Assembly (NCBI RefSeq): GCF_002214165.1
Contig: NZ_CP019964.1
Location: 720,001 to 752,000 of the forward strand
DNA from: Candidatus Saccharimonadota bacterium
GTDB lineage: Archaea > Micrarchaeota > Micrarchaeia > Micrarchaeales > Micrarchaeaceae
Length of the DNA: 32,000 nt
Reading direction: 5' to 3'
The notes under the pieces were generated by a model. It had not been told where the DNA came from. It made no database searches and was given only the letters and a program-made list of their open reading frames with translations. The position numbers and the translations under genes were made by a program. Positions 18,340 to 28,500 of the stretch are shown in pieces (positions within the stretch are counted from its first letter, which is position 1; each line of letters begins with the position of its first letter).

Positions 18340-18666
18340 ATGGCTACTATAGACGATTTGAAGAAGATCGAACTCAGGGTTGGGACAATTGTGGATGTTG
18401 AGGTTCATGAAAAGGCAATCAAGCCTATATACAAGCTTAAGGTTGATTTAGGAGAACTTGGCATAAGGGAAATTGCCGCTGGAATAAGAGACAAGTACAG
18501 CAAGGAGGATTTGGTAAACAAGCAGATTATCGTGGTGGCTAATTTAGAGCCTAAGGATATAGCGGGATTTGTTTCGAATGGGATGCTGCTTGCTGCGGAA
18601 GATGATGAAAATATATCCCTTTTGACTCCCGATAGAAAGATGAAGCCAGGAAGCAAGATAAGGTAA
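18340..18666 (+). CDS. tRNA-binding domain protein (Trbp111/CsaA-like OB fold)
   Basis: 'IELRVGTIVDVEVHE', 'YKLKVDLGE', 'IVVANLEPKDIAGFVSNGMLLAAE' match the tRNA-binding (EMAP/MetRS C-terminal-like) domain. The ATG at 18340 is preferred over the TTG at 18328. Confidence 0.8.
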   Translation: MATIDDLKKIELRVGTIVDVEVHEKAIKPIYKLKVDLGELGIREIAAGIRDKYSKEDLVNKQIIVVANLEPKDIAGFVSNGMLLAAEDDENISLLTPDRKMKPGSKIR

Positions 18667-18683
18667 GGGGTTTTTAGGAATTC

Positions 18684-19259
18684 TTATCTCTTCTTTGCCG
18701 TTTTTGTGAAAAACTTGTCAATCATAATGTTTATCGATCTTTCTGCGCTTTCCCTCTTATAATCGTTGATTATCTCGTAATCGCACTTTATCTTATTCAG
18801 CTCCGTTTCAGTAGAATCATTTGATTCTGTTGTGGTTGGCTTCCTTCCATAAAGCCTCTTGTATATATTGTCCCTGGCATCTTTGCTGCTCCTTATCTTT
18901 ACCGTTATTGTGTTAGGGAAATTCCTTTTTATCTCACTATACTCGTGCAAAAATCTTAAATCGTCTATTATGAACGGCTCCAAGTTCCTCCTTTTTATCT
19001 TGTTAACCGCGTAATTTATCCAGACCATCTTGTCTATATCGCGCATCTTTGCTCCTAGAACCTGCAGGAGCCTTCTGTTTTTCTTTTTCATTCCAAAAAG
19101 GTCCCTTGCAAGCCTTTTTATCTCATCCGCTATAGAGAGCTTATGTGCCTTTATATTGCGCCTTTTCAGCTCCTGCACCAGTAGTTTTGACATATAGGTT
19201 TTACCGGATGCGAAAGGGCCGACAAACGCTATATTTACAGTACCATAAGATTTCTTCAA
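18684..19259 (-). CDS. P-loop NTPase, (d)NMP-kinase-like
   Basis: Walker A 'GPFASGKTY'. The 'LLQVLGAKMRDIDKMVWINY...FIIDDLRF..E' layout resembles small dNMP kinase-like proteins. The assignment is tentative. Confidence 0.4.
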   Translation of the reverse strand: MKKSYGTVNIAFVGPFASGKTYMSKLLVQELKRRNIKAHKLSIADEIKRLARDLFGMKKKNRRLLQVLGAKMRDIDKMVWINYAVNKIKRRNLEPFIIDDLRFLHEYSEIKRNFPNTITVKIRSSKDARDNIYKRLYGRKPTTTESNDSTETELNKIKCDYEIINDYKRESAERSINIMIDKFFTKTAKKR

Positions 19260-19500
19260 TCTGCATCACTAGTAATATTTAAAATTTTTATATTTTATAG
19301 CTATCGCTTGTAAGTTCAATGCTTTATCTGGCTGCTAATGATATGAAAAACTCTTGTGCTCCATTCAAAATAAGTTTTTATACAATAGATAGCTTGCCGT
19401 AGGGATTATGTATTATTTGGACTAAATGTGAATCCCAACGCTAAAGTAAGCAAGCCTTAAACTGCTTTTAACAAAAATAATAAAAATAGGATTAAAAATT

Positions 19501-20025
19501 TCACTTTCCTCCTTTCATCTGATTCAAAAAGTCTTTCATCTTGCTTTTATCTGAAAGTGTGTTAAAGACTTTATTATAATCGCTTATGATTTCATCCAAT
19601 TGCTTGGTTATATTTTCATTTATCTCGGAATTGGATTTGCTGATCTTGTCATTGAATTCTTTTATTTTGTTGTCAACTCCTTTTATCCCTAGGGACTGCA
19701 TATCATTTGACTGAACTGACAGTTTTTCAGTTTCCTTATAGGCTTGCCTGAATTTATTATATATGGAATCTGTAAGGTGCTTAACACTGTAATATTCCTT
19801 TTGTCCTTCGTAAGATTCGACTAGCTTATCCCTTTTGTTCAAAAGGTCTGTTATCTTATTTTCCTGGTCCTTCTTATACTCCTTAGGTAGATGATATGTC
19901 AATAGATCTGCTGTTTCTTCATTTAGTTTTTCATTTTTTGATTTGAATATTCCCACCATGTTATCACAATTATATCTATCCCTATTTATATATTTAATAA
20001 TTCGCATTTGATGGGAACTGTTCAT
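19501..20025 (-). CDS. Hypothetical coiled-coil protein
   Basis: The ORF is K/E/N-rich with heptad-like character. An alternative start is 19959 ('MVGIFKSKNEK'). No recognisable motif. Confidence 0.4.
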   Translation of the reverse strand: MNSSHQMRIIKYINRDRYNCDNMVGIFKSKNEKLNEETADLLTYHLPKEYKKDQENKITDLLNKRDKLVESYEGQKEYYSVKHLTDSIYNKFRQAYKETEKLSVQSNDMQSLGIKGVDNKIKEFNDKISKSNSEINENITKQLDEIISDYNKVFNTLSDKSKMKDFLNQMKGGK

Positions 20026-20106
20026 AGATTATTACCGTTTTTGTAATAGCGGTTTATTTTTATTTTGGGCAATTTTTATTGTGATTTGTTGCAACATGCC
20101 AAAAAT

Positions 20107-20649
20107 TTACCTTATTCCGGATTTGTTCTGCTTCTCGTTTTTGTATATGCTTAGTATTTCGTTAATTCTGGAATCTATCTCAGACCAGTGTGAACCTCTC
20201 CAGTAGGTTTTTCCGCATTTGGGGCACTTGTAAAATTTATCGTACGCATCCAGTGAATTTTTAGGTATTTTATCGCTTTCAAGGCTGGCCTTGTTTATCC
20301 TTATAAGTCTGGCTCCGCAAGAAGTGCATAGGCTGCCCGCTTTGATCCTGCTTGCATCTATGTCCATGCGCTTTAGAACATATGCTACTTGGTGGTTCAG
20401 GTCAATATTGGAAGGCACGCATATTGCTTTTACCCTTATCTTCTCTGCCCTCCGTGAAAACTCGACATCGCTTGTCAATAGCACAGGGTGCCGATAGCGC
20501 TTTATATAATTAAGTATCTGGGTGTCGTCAATATACTTGGCGTCGTTAACCTTTATTCCAAGCAGTCTCATCCATCGGGCAACCTTTGCCATCATTATAT
20601 CTGCCACTATGTTAAGCCTGTATAGTGGGACGGGTTGGGATTCATGCAT
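20107..20649 (-). CDS. Mut7-C RNase-domain protein (PIN-like fold plus C-terminal zinc ribbon; DUF82 family)
   Basis: 'VADIMMAKVARWMRLLG', 'LLTSD', 'CTSCGARL', 'FYKCPKCGKTYWRGSHW' match the Mut7-C pattern. Confidence 0.75.
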   Translation of the reverse strand: MHESQPVPLYRLNIVADIMMAKVARWMRLLGIKVNDAKYIDDTQILNYIKRYRHPVLLTSDVEFSRRAEKIRVKAICVPSNIDLNHQVAYVLKRMDIDASRIKAGSLCTSCGARLIRINKASLESDKIPKNSLDAYDKFYKCPKCGKTYWRGSHWSEIDSRINEILSIYKNEKQNKSGIR

Positions 20650-20797
20650 AATTAGGTTTTGTATATATTGTTATTTATATCTAAACCTTATTTATACATG
20701 CCCGTTCCATAGATCTTTGGGATTTTTAGTACATTTGGTTTGCCTAATTAGAGGCATTGAAAAAGCATAATAAGTTTAATCTGAAAAGTTAATTCAG

Positions 20798-23095
20798 ATG
20801 ATAAAGTCTATAGATTTGAAGAATTGGAAGGTCCACAGTGATACCCATCTTGATTTTGACAAAGGGGTAAACATACTCATAGGTATAATGGGTGCAGGGA
20901 AAAGCTCAATAGTTGATGCGATATCATTTGGCTTGTTCGGCACATTCCCTGCTCTAAATTCGGGCAGGGTGAAGCTTGACAATTTGATATCGAATTCCGC
21001 CAATGTAAACGAAGCCTCCGTAAAACTGGAATTTGATATAGACAATAACAGTTATACAGTTACAAGGAAAATAAAGAGGGAAAAGGGGGCAGATGCATTG
21101 CTGGAAAAGAATGGGAAATTCCTGCAGACACAGCCTAAAAGAGTCAATGAAGAGATAGAGTCGTTGCTCAAATTGAACTACGACACCTTTATTAAGGCAA
21201 TATATGCTGAGCAGAACAAGCTCGACTATTTTTTGGACATACGCAAAGGCGAGAGAAAGAAAAGCATAGATGAGATGCTTGGGCTTGACCGTTTCACCAA
21301 TGTGGATGAAAATGCGACCTCAGTAATAGGTATGATAAACCGCATAATCAAGGAAGATGAACAGCTAATAGGCAATATAGATGTCAGATCGATAAAACAG
21401 CAGATAGAGGACTTGTCGGTGAAGAAGCAGGATATTTTAGGAGAGATAGGCTCTTACAAATCCGAATTTGGAAAGCTTAGTTTAGAAGTTGAGAAATATG
21501 CAAATTCGCTCAAGGAGATGAAGGAAAAGAGATTGAAGAAGTTGAAACTGAAAGAGGAAATGGCAAGCATATCGTCAAAAATCAATACCCTTAAGGCAGA
21601 GATGGAAAAAATCAGTGTACCTATGCAAAAGGAGGAACTGGAGAACAATTACCTGATTGCAAAAAATAAGTTTGAATCGCTGTCTGCTGATTTAGAGAAG
21701 TCTAGGAAACAGCAGATGGACCTTGCGAGGGATATTGCAACCGCCAAATCAGATTTTGAGGCAAACAGCAAAAAGCTTAAGGAGAATGAGGAAATATTAC
21801 TTAAAGTAAAAGAATTTGAGAAGCTTGATCTCGATAAGGCAATAGCTGAGGCTGAGGATAGAATAAACAAGGAGAATCTTGAGATTGCATCTGATGAAGG
21901 AAGCGTTAAGGAGCTTTCAAAGTGGGTGGCCGAACTTTCAAAAGATATAAGCAAATGCCCTGTATGTGACAGGGAGATTGGCACTGACCTTAGGCTAAAG
22001 CTCCTTGAAGAAAAAAACAGCTCAATAGCAGATTACAAATCGAAGATATTATTGCACAAGAATGAACTGAACGCATTAAAGGAAAAGTTCAATGCTTTCA
22101 ATGAGGATAAAAGAAAGCTTGACATATTGAGGGGAAAACTTGAGGATATTGATAAGATTAAGCAGATAATTGATCTTCTATCTTCAAAGAGTCAGAACTT
22201 GAAATCGCAGTATGAGTTAGTGGCAAAAACTGTAGAGGGATATAATTCAAATAGAGAGCAGGCAAGGGAGGATGTCAATAAGATTGAAAAATATATAGAG
22301 GACTTGAAGAGGCAGGAAACCTTAAAAAAGTCAATAGATACAGAGAATAAGGCTCTCAAGGAAAAGAATGGGGAATTCCAATCGATAGATATATCTGAAG
22401 ACAGGATAGAGAATTTACAGAACGAATACAACAACCTTTACTCAAAGCGCAATGAGATAAAGATAAGGTATGAGACAGGCAAAAAGCGCTACGATGACAT
22501 ACTTCTGCAGATAGCCGATAAGATAAATCAGGTAAACAGGGTTGAGGAAAGCGAAGAAAGGGTAAGCAGCAGAAAGCGCCTTGTTTCTTCGTTGGAAAAA
22601 TTCAGGACCGCGCTCAAGGAAACGGAATCTGGTTTAAGGAACCGGCTTGTTTCCTCAGTAAATGATGTTATGGCAGACTTATGGCCCAAGATCTATCCTT
22701 ATGGTGACTATGAATACATAATGCTCAATACGTATAAAGATGACTATCTGCTTGAAGGTATTGTAAATATAAATGGGAAAAAGGAAAAAGTTTCGATTGA
22801 CTCATTTGCAAGCGGAGGTGAAAGGAGCACAGCAAGCCTTGCTCTCAGGATTGCATTGGGAATGGTCATAGTTCCGAACCTAAAATGGATAATACTTGAT
22901 GAGCCGACGCATAATTTGGATGCTGCAGGGATAAGCAGGCTCGTATCCGTTTTTAGTGAAACACTGCCAGATATAGTAGAGCAGATTTTCATAATAACGC
23001 ATGATGACAGCTTAAAGCAGGTACATCCGGCGAAAATATATATGGTTGAAAGGGACAAGGAAGCAAGAGCACCTGCTGCCATATCTGAATTATAA
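20798..23095 (+). CDS. rad50: Rad50-type SMC-like ATPase (765 aa) with central zinc hook
   Basis: Walker A 'GIMGAGKSSIVDAISFGLFG', Q-loop 'AEQNKL', CPVC hook at 21956-21967 (aa 387-390, mid coiled-coil), signature 'SGGERSTASLALRIAL', Walker B 'IILDEPTHNLD', H-loop 'ITHD'. Confidence 0.85.
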   Translation: MIKSIDLKNWKVHSDTHLDFDKGVNILIGIMGAGKSSIVDAISFGLFGTFPALNSGRVKLDNLISNSANVNEASVKLEFDIDNNSYTVTRKIKREKGADALLEKNGKFLQTQPKRVNEEIESLLKLNYDTFIKAIYAEQNKLDYFLDIRKGERKKSIDEMLGLDRFTNVDENATSVIGMINRIIKEDEQLIGNIDVRSIKQQIEDLSVKKQDILGEIGSYKSEFGKLSLEVEKYANSLKEMKEKRLKKLKLKEEMASISSKINTLKAEMEKISVPMQKEELENNYLIAKNKFESLSADLEKSRKQQMDLARDIATAKSDFEANSKKLKENEEILLKVKEFEKLDLDKAIAEAEDRINKENLEIASDEGSVKELSKWVAELSKDISKCPVCDREIGTDLRLKLLEEKNSSIADYKSKILLHKNELNALKEKFNAFNEDKRKLDILRGKLEDIDKIKQIIDLLSSKSQNLKSQYELVAKTVEGYNSNREQAREDVNKIEKYIEDLKRQETLKKSIDTENKALKEKNGEFQSIDISEDRIENLQNEYNNLYSKRNEIKIRYETGKKRYDDILLQIADKINQVNRVEESEERVSSRKRLVSSLEKFRTALKETESGLRNRLVSSVNDVMADLWPKIYPYGDYEYIMLNTYKDDYLLEGIVNINGKKEKVSIDSFASGGERSTASLALRIALGMVIVPNLKWIILDEPTHNLDAAGISRLVSVFSETLPDIVEQIFIITHDDSLKQVHPAKIYMVERDKEARAPAAISEL

Positions 23096-23141
23096 CCGGC
23101 AATTGCATTGTTATACCGGAGTTTGGCCGGCCAATGTTGGA

Positions 23142-23852
23142 TTAACCTCTAAATGCAGCAATTGGAGGCTTGCTTAAATGGCTTAATGACAGGCCGCTTC
23201 CCACAGATGATGCCAGATATGCAAATCCGAATAGCAGCATCATAAGCATCATTGCTATTGCTATGATTACAATGCCTGTCACAACCATACCTCCGAATGC
23301 ACGCCAGGGGTCCATCTTCATCTGCCTGCCCATCACAATCGATACTACTGCTATGCCCCATATTGAAAGCGCTATTGATGCAGCTATTGAAACTATTGGT
23401 ATGAATACAAGGAAGAAAAATATCACTATCAGAAGGTTTCCATACATGAAGCTTACAAGGACCTCTTCATAGCTGCCTTTCCATATCTTCAATGCAAGAT
23501 CGGCAAAAATATAGTATATTGCAGCATATATAATCAGGCTCAATGGAATTATTACCAAAATAGCTATGATTGCATATGCAGAGTTCAATGCACCTCCTAT
23601 AAAACCTGCAGCGATTGCACTTCTGTGCCTGAGAATAAAACTGAAAGGCCCGAATAGATATCCAGCCGCGAACCCGATTACAACGGCTATTATCAATGGT
23701 ATAATTGAAGCCTTGTAGTATGTGGACATTATCTGGCTGAAAGATTTATGCTTGGAGTTTATTTTTGGATTTATGACTGAGTTAACCGCGGAGATAAATT
23801 CATTTTTAAAAAGCATATGGTCACTTATATCAGAAAAATACCAAATATTCAA
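23142..23852 (-). CDS. Integral membrane protein (about 5 TM; possibly Yip1-domain-like), no cysteines
   Basis: Hydrophobicity pattern. It starts 8 nt after the upstream disulfide oxidoreductase gene. Confidence 0.5.
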   Translation of the reverse strand: MNIWYFSDISDHMLFKNEFISAVNSVINPKINSKHKSFSQIMSTYYKASIIPLIIAVVIGFAAGYLFGPFSFILRHRSAIAAGFIGGALNSAYAIIAILVIIPLSLIIYAAIYYIFADLALKIWKGSYEEVLVSFMYGNLLIVIFFFLVFIPIVSIAASIALSIWGIAVVSIVMGRQMKMDPWRAFGGMVVTGIVIIAIAMMLMMLLFGFAYLASSVGSGLSLSHLSKPPIAAFRG

Positions 23853-23860
23853 ACTCTAGA

Positions 23861-24532
23861 TTATTTGGCTTCATCCTTGAGCTCCTCTTTGATGTATTCC
23901 ATGAACACCTGCTCTGGCTGTGCACCTTCAAAGTAGCTCTTGTCATTAATGACTATCCTTGGGACTGCCATCACTTTGTATTTTGTTGACATCTCTTCAA
24001 ACTCCGATGCCTCTATCATGCTGCTTGTTATCATAGGGTTTTCTATTGCAAGCTGATGTGCTGTCCTTACCGCCCTTGGGCACCATGGGCAGGTAGGGGT
24101 GACAAATACCTTTATATCTATGGGCTTGCTTACCTCTTTGAGCTCTGCCTTTGTCTTTTCAGAAAGCCTTGTAGTTCCATTTGAGACGTCTACTATATCC
24201 TCAAGCAGGGATGCAAACTCGTATCCTGCAGGTATGCCGAAGTAGTAAAGGTTGTATATCTTCTTCCCTCCAAGCACCAATGCGGGAACCTGGTCATTTA
24301 TTTTAAGGAACTTCCTCTCTTTCTCTGTGGATTCGTCTGCGGCATTATATTTTGTAAGCTTTAATTTTGGGCTCAGGCCTACAAGGTCTTCGAGCAGCTC
24401 CGTCATCTCGGAACAGTAGGGGCAAACCTTCTTGTCAGAGTCGTAGAAGTACATTATGTTGACGTCTCCTTTCAATTCTTTGCTAAATTTCTCAGTTATT
24501 GCCTTTTTGTCATCATCTTTAAGTTTTACCAT
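23861..24532 (-). CDS. Protein disulfide oxidoreductase (two thioredoxin-fold units, glutaredoxin-like PDO type)
   Basis: Two CxxC sites ('CPYC', 'CPWC') about 110 aa apart, and 'VMAVPRIVIN' (cis-Pro loop). Length 223 aa, as in archaeal PDOs. Confidence 0.8.
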   Translation of the reverse strand: MVKLKDDDKKAITEKFSKELKGDVNIMYFYDSDKKVCPYCSEMTELLEDLVGLSPKLKLTKYNAADESTEKERKFLKINDQVPALVLGGKKIYNLYYFGIPAGYEFASLLEDIVDVSNGTTRLSEKTKAELKEVSKPIDIKVFVTPTCPWCPRAVRTAHQLAIENPMITSSMIEASEFEEMSTKYKVMAVPRIVINDKSYFEGAQPEQVFMEYIKEELKDEAK

Positions 24533-24790
24533 TTGCTCACCATTTTATAAAATAAGTTATTTTTATTTTGTATTTTCGAATATTTAATATTAACTGTGTT
24601 TTGTTGGTAGCTAGTTACTTGGAATTATTCGGAATAATTAAGGAAAAGATGCAGAGGTGATGCAAATCGCATTTAAAAGTTACATGCTTGATTTTTTGAC
24701 TTAGCTTTGCAATATTTACAGATATTAATAAATACCTTAACATAAGAATTTATTATAACTCAAATTCTTAAAGATTATTAGGTGTAAAAA

Positions 24791-25312
24791 ATGGCAAGAT
24801 TAAGACCTGCAAGGACAGTTAGAGATATAAGTTCTCAACCATGGGCTAGATATTCGCAGAAAAAACCGAAGAAAAATTATATAAGGGCACTACCTCATAC
24901 AAGCCTTCTTGTATTCAATATGGGAGTTGACAAGGAAAATTATGACCTGAAGGTTACCTTAAATACCACATATCCAATACAACTAAGGTCAAATGCGCTT
25001 GAAGCAGCAAGGCAGATAATAAACAAGTACCTTGAAATAAAGATACCTGGAGGATATTACTTCAAAGTGCTTGTATATCCACACAACGTTATAAGAGAAC
25101 ACAAGATGGCTACGGGTGCAGGAGCAGACAGAATATCACAGGGAATGAGCCATGCATTTGGGAAGCCTATTGGATTGGCCGCAAGATTGATAAGGGGACA
25201 GCCAGTCTTTATGATAAAGACAACAAAGCAGAACATGCCTATAATAAGAGAGGCATTTGATAGGGCAAGATCAAAGCTTTCAGGACAGTATAAGGTCGTA
25301 ATAGCGTCCTAA
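24791..25312 (+). CDS. rpl10e: 50S ribosomal protein L10e (uL16)
   Basis: 'MARLRPARTVRDISSQPWARYS', 'GAGADRISQGM..AFGKP'. SD-like AGGTG lies about 10 nt upstream. A T-rich tract (TTTCTGTTTTTG) follows the stop. Confidence 0.9.
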   Translation: MARLRPARTVRDISSQPWARYSQKKPKKNYIRALPHTSLLVFNMGVDKENYDLKVTLNTTYPIQLRSNALEAARQIINKYLEIKIPGGYYFKVLVYPHNVIREHKMATGAGADRISQGMSHAFGKPIGLAARLIRGQPVFMIKTTKQNMPIIREAFDRARSKLSGQYKVVIAS

Positions 25313-25531
25313 TTCTATTTCTGTTTTTGAATTTTACTTTATATTAAAGAATTTTGCAGTGGAATCCTACCTCTGGTAAATGGTTGGTTTTACGCCACTT
25401 TTGATAAACAGTGGCTTATATATTTTATTCCTGCCTTATTGTCGTTTTATAATCTGATTTGCATTTAACTATTTTTATATTACGGGCTTCATTCAGAGCA
25501 TTTATGATATAAAAATCAATGAACTCTATTT

Positions 25532-28500
25532 TCATGTTAGATAAGAGTAGGTATCGAAATTTGCTGTCTCCGACATGTTGTTGTAAACCGTCACATTTAT
25601 TGTGTATGGAGGAGGGTTTGGCGTGTATGGTGGATGGTCTCCTGGATAACTATAACACCCATTGCCACTGCAGGTCCAGTTATTAAGGTAGTTTACATAA
25701 CAGGTGCGGCCACTGCAGCTTGGAGGCTTTTTGAGTAGCGCTTCTATTTCTATGGTGCTTCCGCAATTGACTTCTTCACTGCTTGGGGATACGGACCCCG
25801 GACCGGATGAGCTTAATCCAAGTTCATATGTTTTAAGGCTGAAAGTTGCAGCTTCTACTATAGGGCTTGACATCACAACAAAGGCAGATGTATATGGATA
25901 TGTGGTCTGCTGCTCTGGCCCACTCCAACAGTTATTTCCACTGCAGGTCCAACCATTAAATGTTGCACAGCTATTTGAAGTGGAATATGAAAGTGATATA
26001 TCAGAATATGGGGTTTCCCAATAAGTTGACGATGATGTGGTTGATCCTCCGGGTGAAGCAGTAGCTGTCCCATCACCAGATGGGCTTACTAGAAGTATTA
26101 ATGCGACATCGTAGTTCGCCTGCTCCATGAACGGTACAGTTGGAACTTTAACCGTCAAGGTTGTATTATATGTGTAGTAGGTACACAAAACTACATTACA
26201 CTCACCCTGAACCGTTGTGTAACAATCGCTGGATGAAATACCTGATGGACAATCAGACCCACCACAGGAATCATATTGAGTACACTGATTAGCAACATGG
26301 CTTGGATTATAATAGCCAGTCCAGTTGACAAACTTGTAGCCTGTATTGTTAACTTCTGAAAAAGTGATTGAAGATCCGGGGAAGTACCAGCCACTGCCAG
26401 GCGAAAGGGAGTAAGCTGCACCTGAAGGCGATGAGAGCTCAGTTAGGTATACATCGTAGTTGGCCTGCTCTTTGAAGTCCACACTTGGTACAGTCAAGCT
26501 GAATTGGGATAAAGTACTCTTCTCGTAGCCAGTCCAATTGACAAACTTATATCCTGTATTGTTCTTTCCGGATAAAGTGATTGAAGATCCGGGGAAGTAC
26601 CAGCCACTGCCAGGATTTAATGAGGAAACCCCACTTGATGGGTAGGAGAGCTCAGTTAGGTATACATCGTAGTTGGCCTGCTCCGTGAACGGTACTGTCG
26701 GAACTGTCATGCCAAATGAGGATGAAGTACTCTTCTCGTAGCCAGTCCAGTTGACAAACTTATATCCTGTGTTGTTCTTTCCGGATAAAGTGATCGAAGT
26801 TCCAGGTGCGTACCAGCCGCTGCCAGGTGATAATGAATAAGCCGCATTTGATGGGTATGAAAGCTCAGTTAGGTATACATCGTAGTTGGCCTGTTCGGTA
26901 AATGGTTCTGTCGGAACTGTCATGCCAAAGGATGAAGAAGTGCTGCCTTCATATCCTGTCCAGCCTATAAATAAGTATCCTGTATTGTTCGTCTCGGACA
27001 ATGTGATTGAATTTCCAGGGAAGTACCAGCCACTGCCAGGCGAAAGCGTCTTTGCACCCCCTGAAGGGAATGAGAGCTCTGTAAGGTATATATCGTAGTT
27101 GGCCTGCTCCGTGAAGTCTGTATTTGGAACTGCCATCGTGAAAGATGAAGAAGTGCTCTTCTCGTATCCTGTCCAATTGACAAACTTGTATCCTGTGTTG
27201 TTAGTCTCGGACAATGTTATTGATGAGTTTGGTAGATACCAGCCACTGCCAGGCGAAAGCTTCTTTGCACCTCCTGAAGGGAATGAGAGCTCAGTTAGGT
27301 ATACATCGTAATCAGCGGTTTCGTTGAAAGGAGAATTTGGTGCAGTCATTGTAAAGTTTGAAGAATTGCCGCTATCATATCCTACCCATTTCGCAAATTT
27401 GTATCCTGTTGTATTGGTCTCTGTGAAATACAGGGAAGCTCCGGGTGTTTCCCAGAAAATAGAGGATGAATTAGTTGATCCTCCTGGAGACACTGTTGCC
27501 TTTCCATCTCCGTGTTCATATACTGATAGTTTTAGGGCAACTGCGTATTCCGCAGTTTCCGTGAATGGGGTACTTGGCACAGTTATTGATAATTGGTTAT
27601 TGGTTGAGCTGAACTGGCCTGTCCAATTGACAAACTTGTAGCCTGTGTTGTTCACTTCTGTTAGTGTAATTGATGAATCCGGTGCGTACCATCCAGTTCC
27701 AGGTGAAAGCGTCTTTGCACCATTTGATGGTGATGAGAGCTCTGTAAGGTATACATCATAGTTGGCCTGCTCCGTGAAGTCTGTATTCGGCACTACCATT
27801 GTAAATGATGAGGATGCATTGTTCTCATATCCTGTCCATCCTGCAAACTTATATCCAGTATTATTTACTTCTGTTAGTGTAATTGATGAATCCGGTGCGT
27901 ACCAGCCGCTTCCGGGCAATAATGATGAAGCCGCACTTGAAGGTGATGCAAGTTCATTTAAATATACATCATATTCTGCAGTTTCGTTTATAGGATAATC
28001 CATTGTTACAGTTGGTGATGTGTTGTCTCCCGTATAGTTGCCTGTACCCAATCCGGAATATCCATAAAACTTGAATGTTGAATTTGCAGGTGACTCTCCT
28101 AGTGTTACCTTTGATCCATAAGATTCAGGATAACTTTTGAATGTTGATGAATTTGTGGATGTGCCAGAGGGAGTTGACGCGGTTATTGTCCCATCGCCTC
28201 CTGGGATTACTCTCAATGAAAGCATAGGGTCAAAATTTGCTGTCTCGTTTACTGGATTAGACATTATAATTGTTGGGGATTGGCTGTTTCCAGAATAACA
28301 TGTGCTTCCTATTGATGTGGATGCAGCACATGTCCAGTTTGCGAAAACCCATTCTTTTGGATTGGAGGATTTCGCGGAAAGCTGCAATGATGAATCCTTC
28401 TTGTAATACCCGTTCGAGGATAATGGGGACGATGATACAACACCTGAAGAATATGATGGATTGACATTTTCATTTAGCTTGTAGTAAGTTGTGTAATTGA

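Noticed and set aside
19501-20025. Coiled-coil ORF with internal 'MVGIFKSK...' start considered as an ESCRT-III/PspA-like protein
   Set aside because: The only support is a superficial N-terminal resemblance. The length (~150 aa) and the lack of recognisable helices or MIM motifs make the call unsupportable without profile searches.
20798-23095. SMC-like ATPase considered as a defence-system component (Lamassu/Wadjet/Gabija-like)
   Set aside because: The central CxxC zinc hook and the Rad50-type head motifs fit bona fide Rad50. No cognate effector or kleisin-like genes are adjacent.
24640-24720. Possible C/D-box sRNA in the 258-nt pdo-rpl10e spacer (GGTGATGC resembling a C box)
   Set aside because: The C box is imperfect (terminal C instead of A). 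No CUGA D box or terminal stem occurs at the expected distance on either strand.
25355-25420. Mutually exclusive hairpins (AGTGG...CCACT versus GCCACT...AGTGGC) downstream of rpl10e, considered as a riboswitch-like element
   Set aside because: The stems are short (5-6 bp) in AT-rich DNA and there is no recognisable riboswitch consensus. They are plausibly just part of a bidirectional termination region between convergent genes.
26114-27973. Regularly spaced repeats considered as a possible CRISPR array
   Set aside because: The units are contiguous (213 nt with no unique spacers) and in-frame within one long ORF. They encode a recognisable protein domain, and there is no leader or cas context.
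26886-27998. Plus-strand 70-78 aa ORFs (26886-27098, 27099-27311, 27762-27998) with near-identical sequences ('MACSV...')
   Set aside because: They are antisense shadows of the 213-nt coding repeats of the giant minus-strand gene. Their periodicity equals the repeat unit, and they have no independent start or promoter context.
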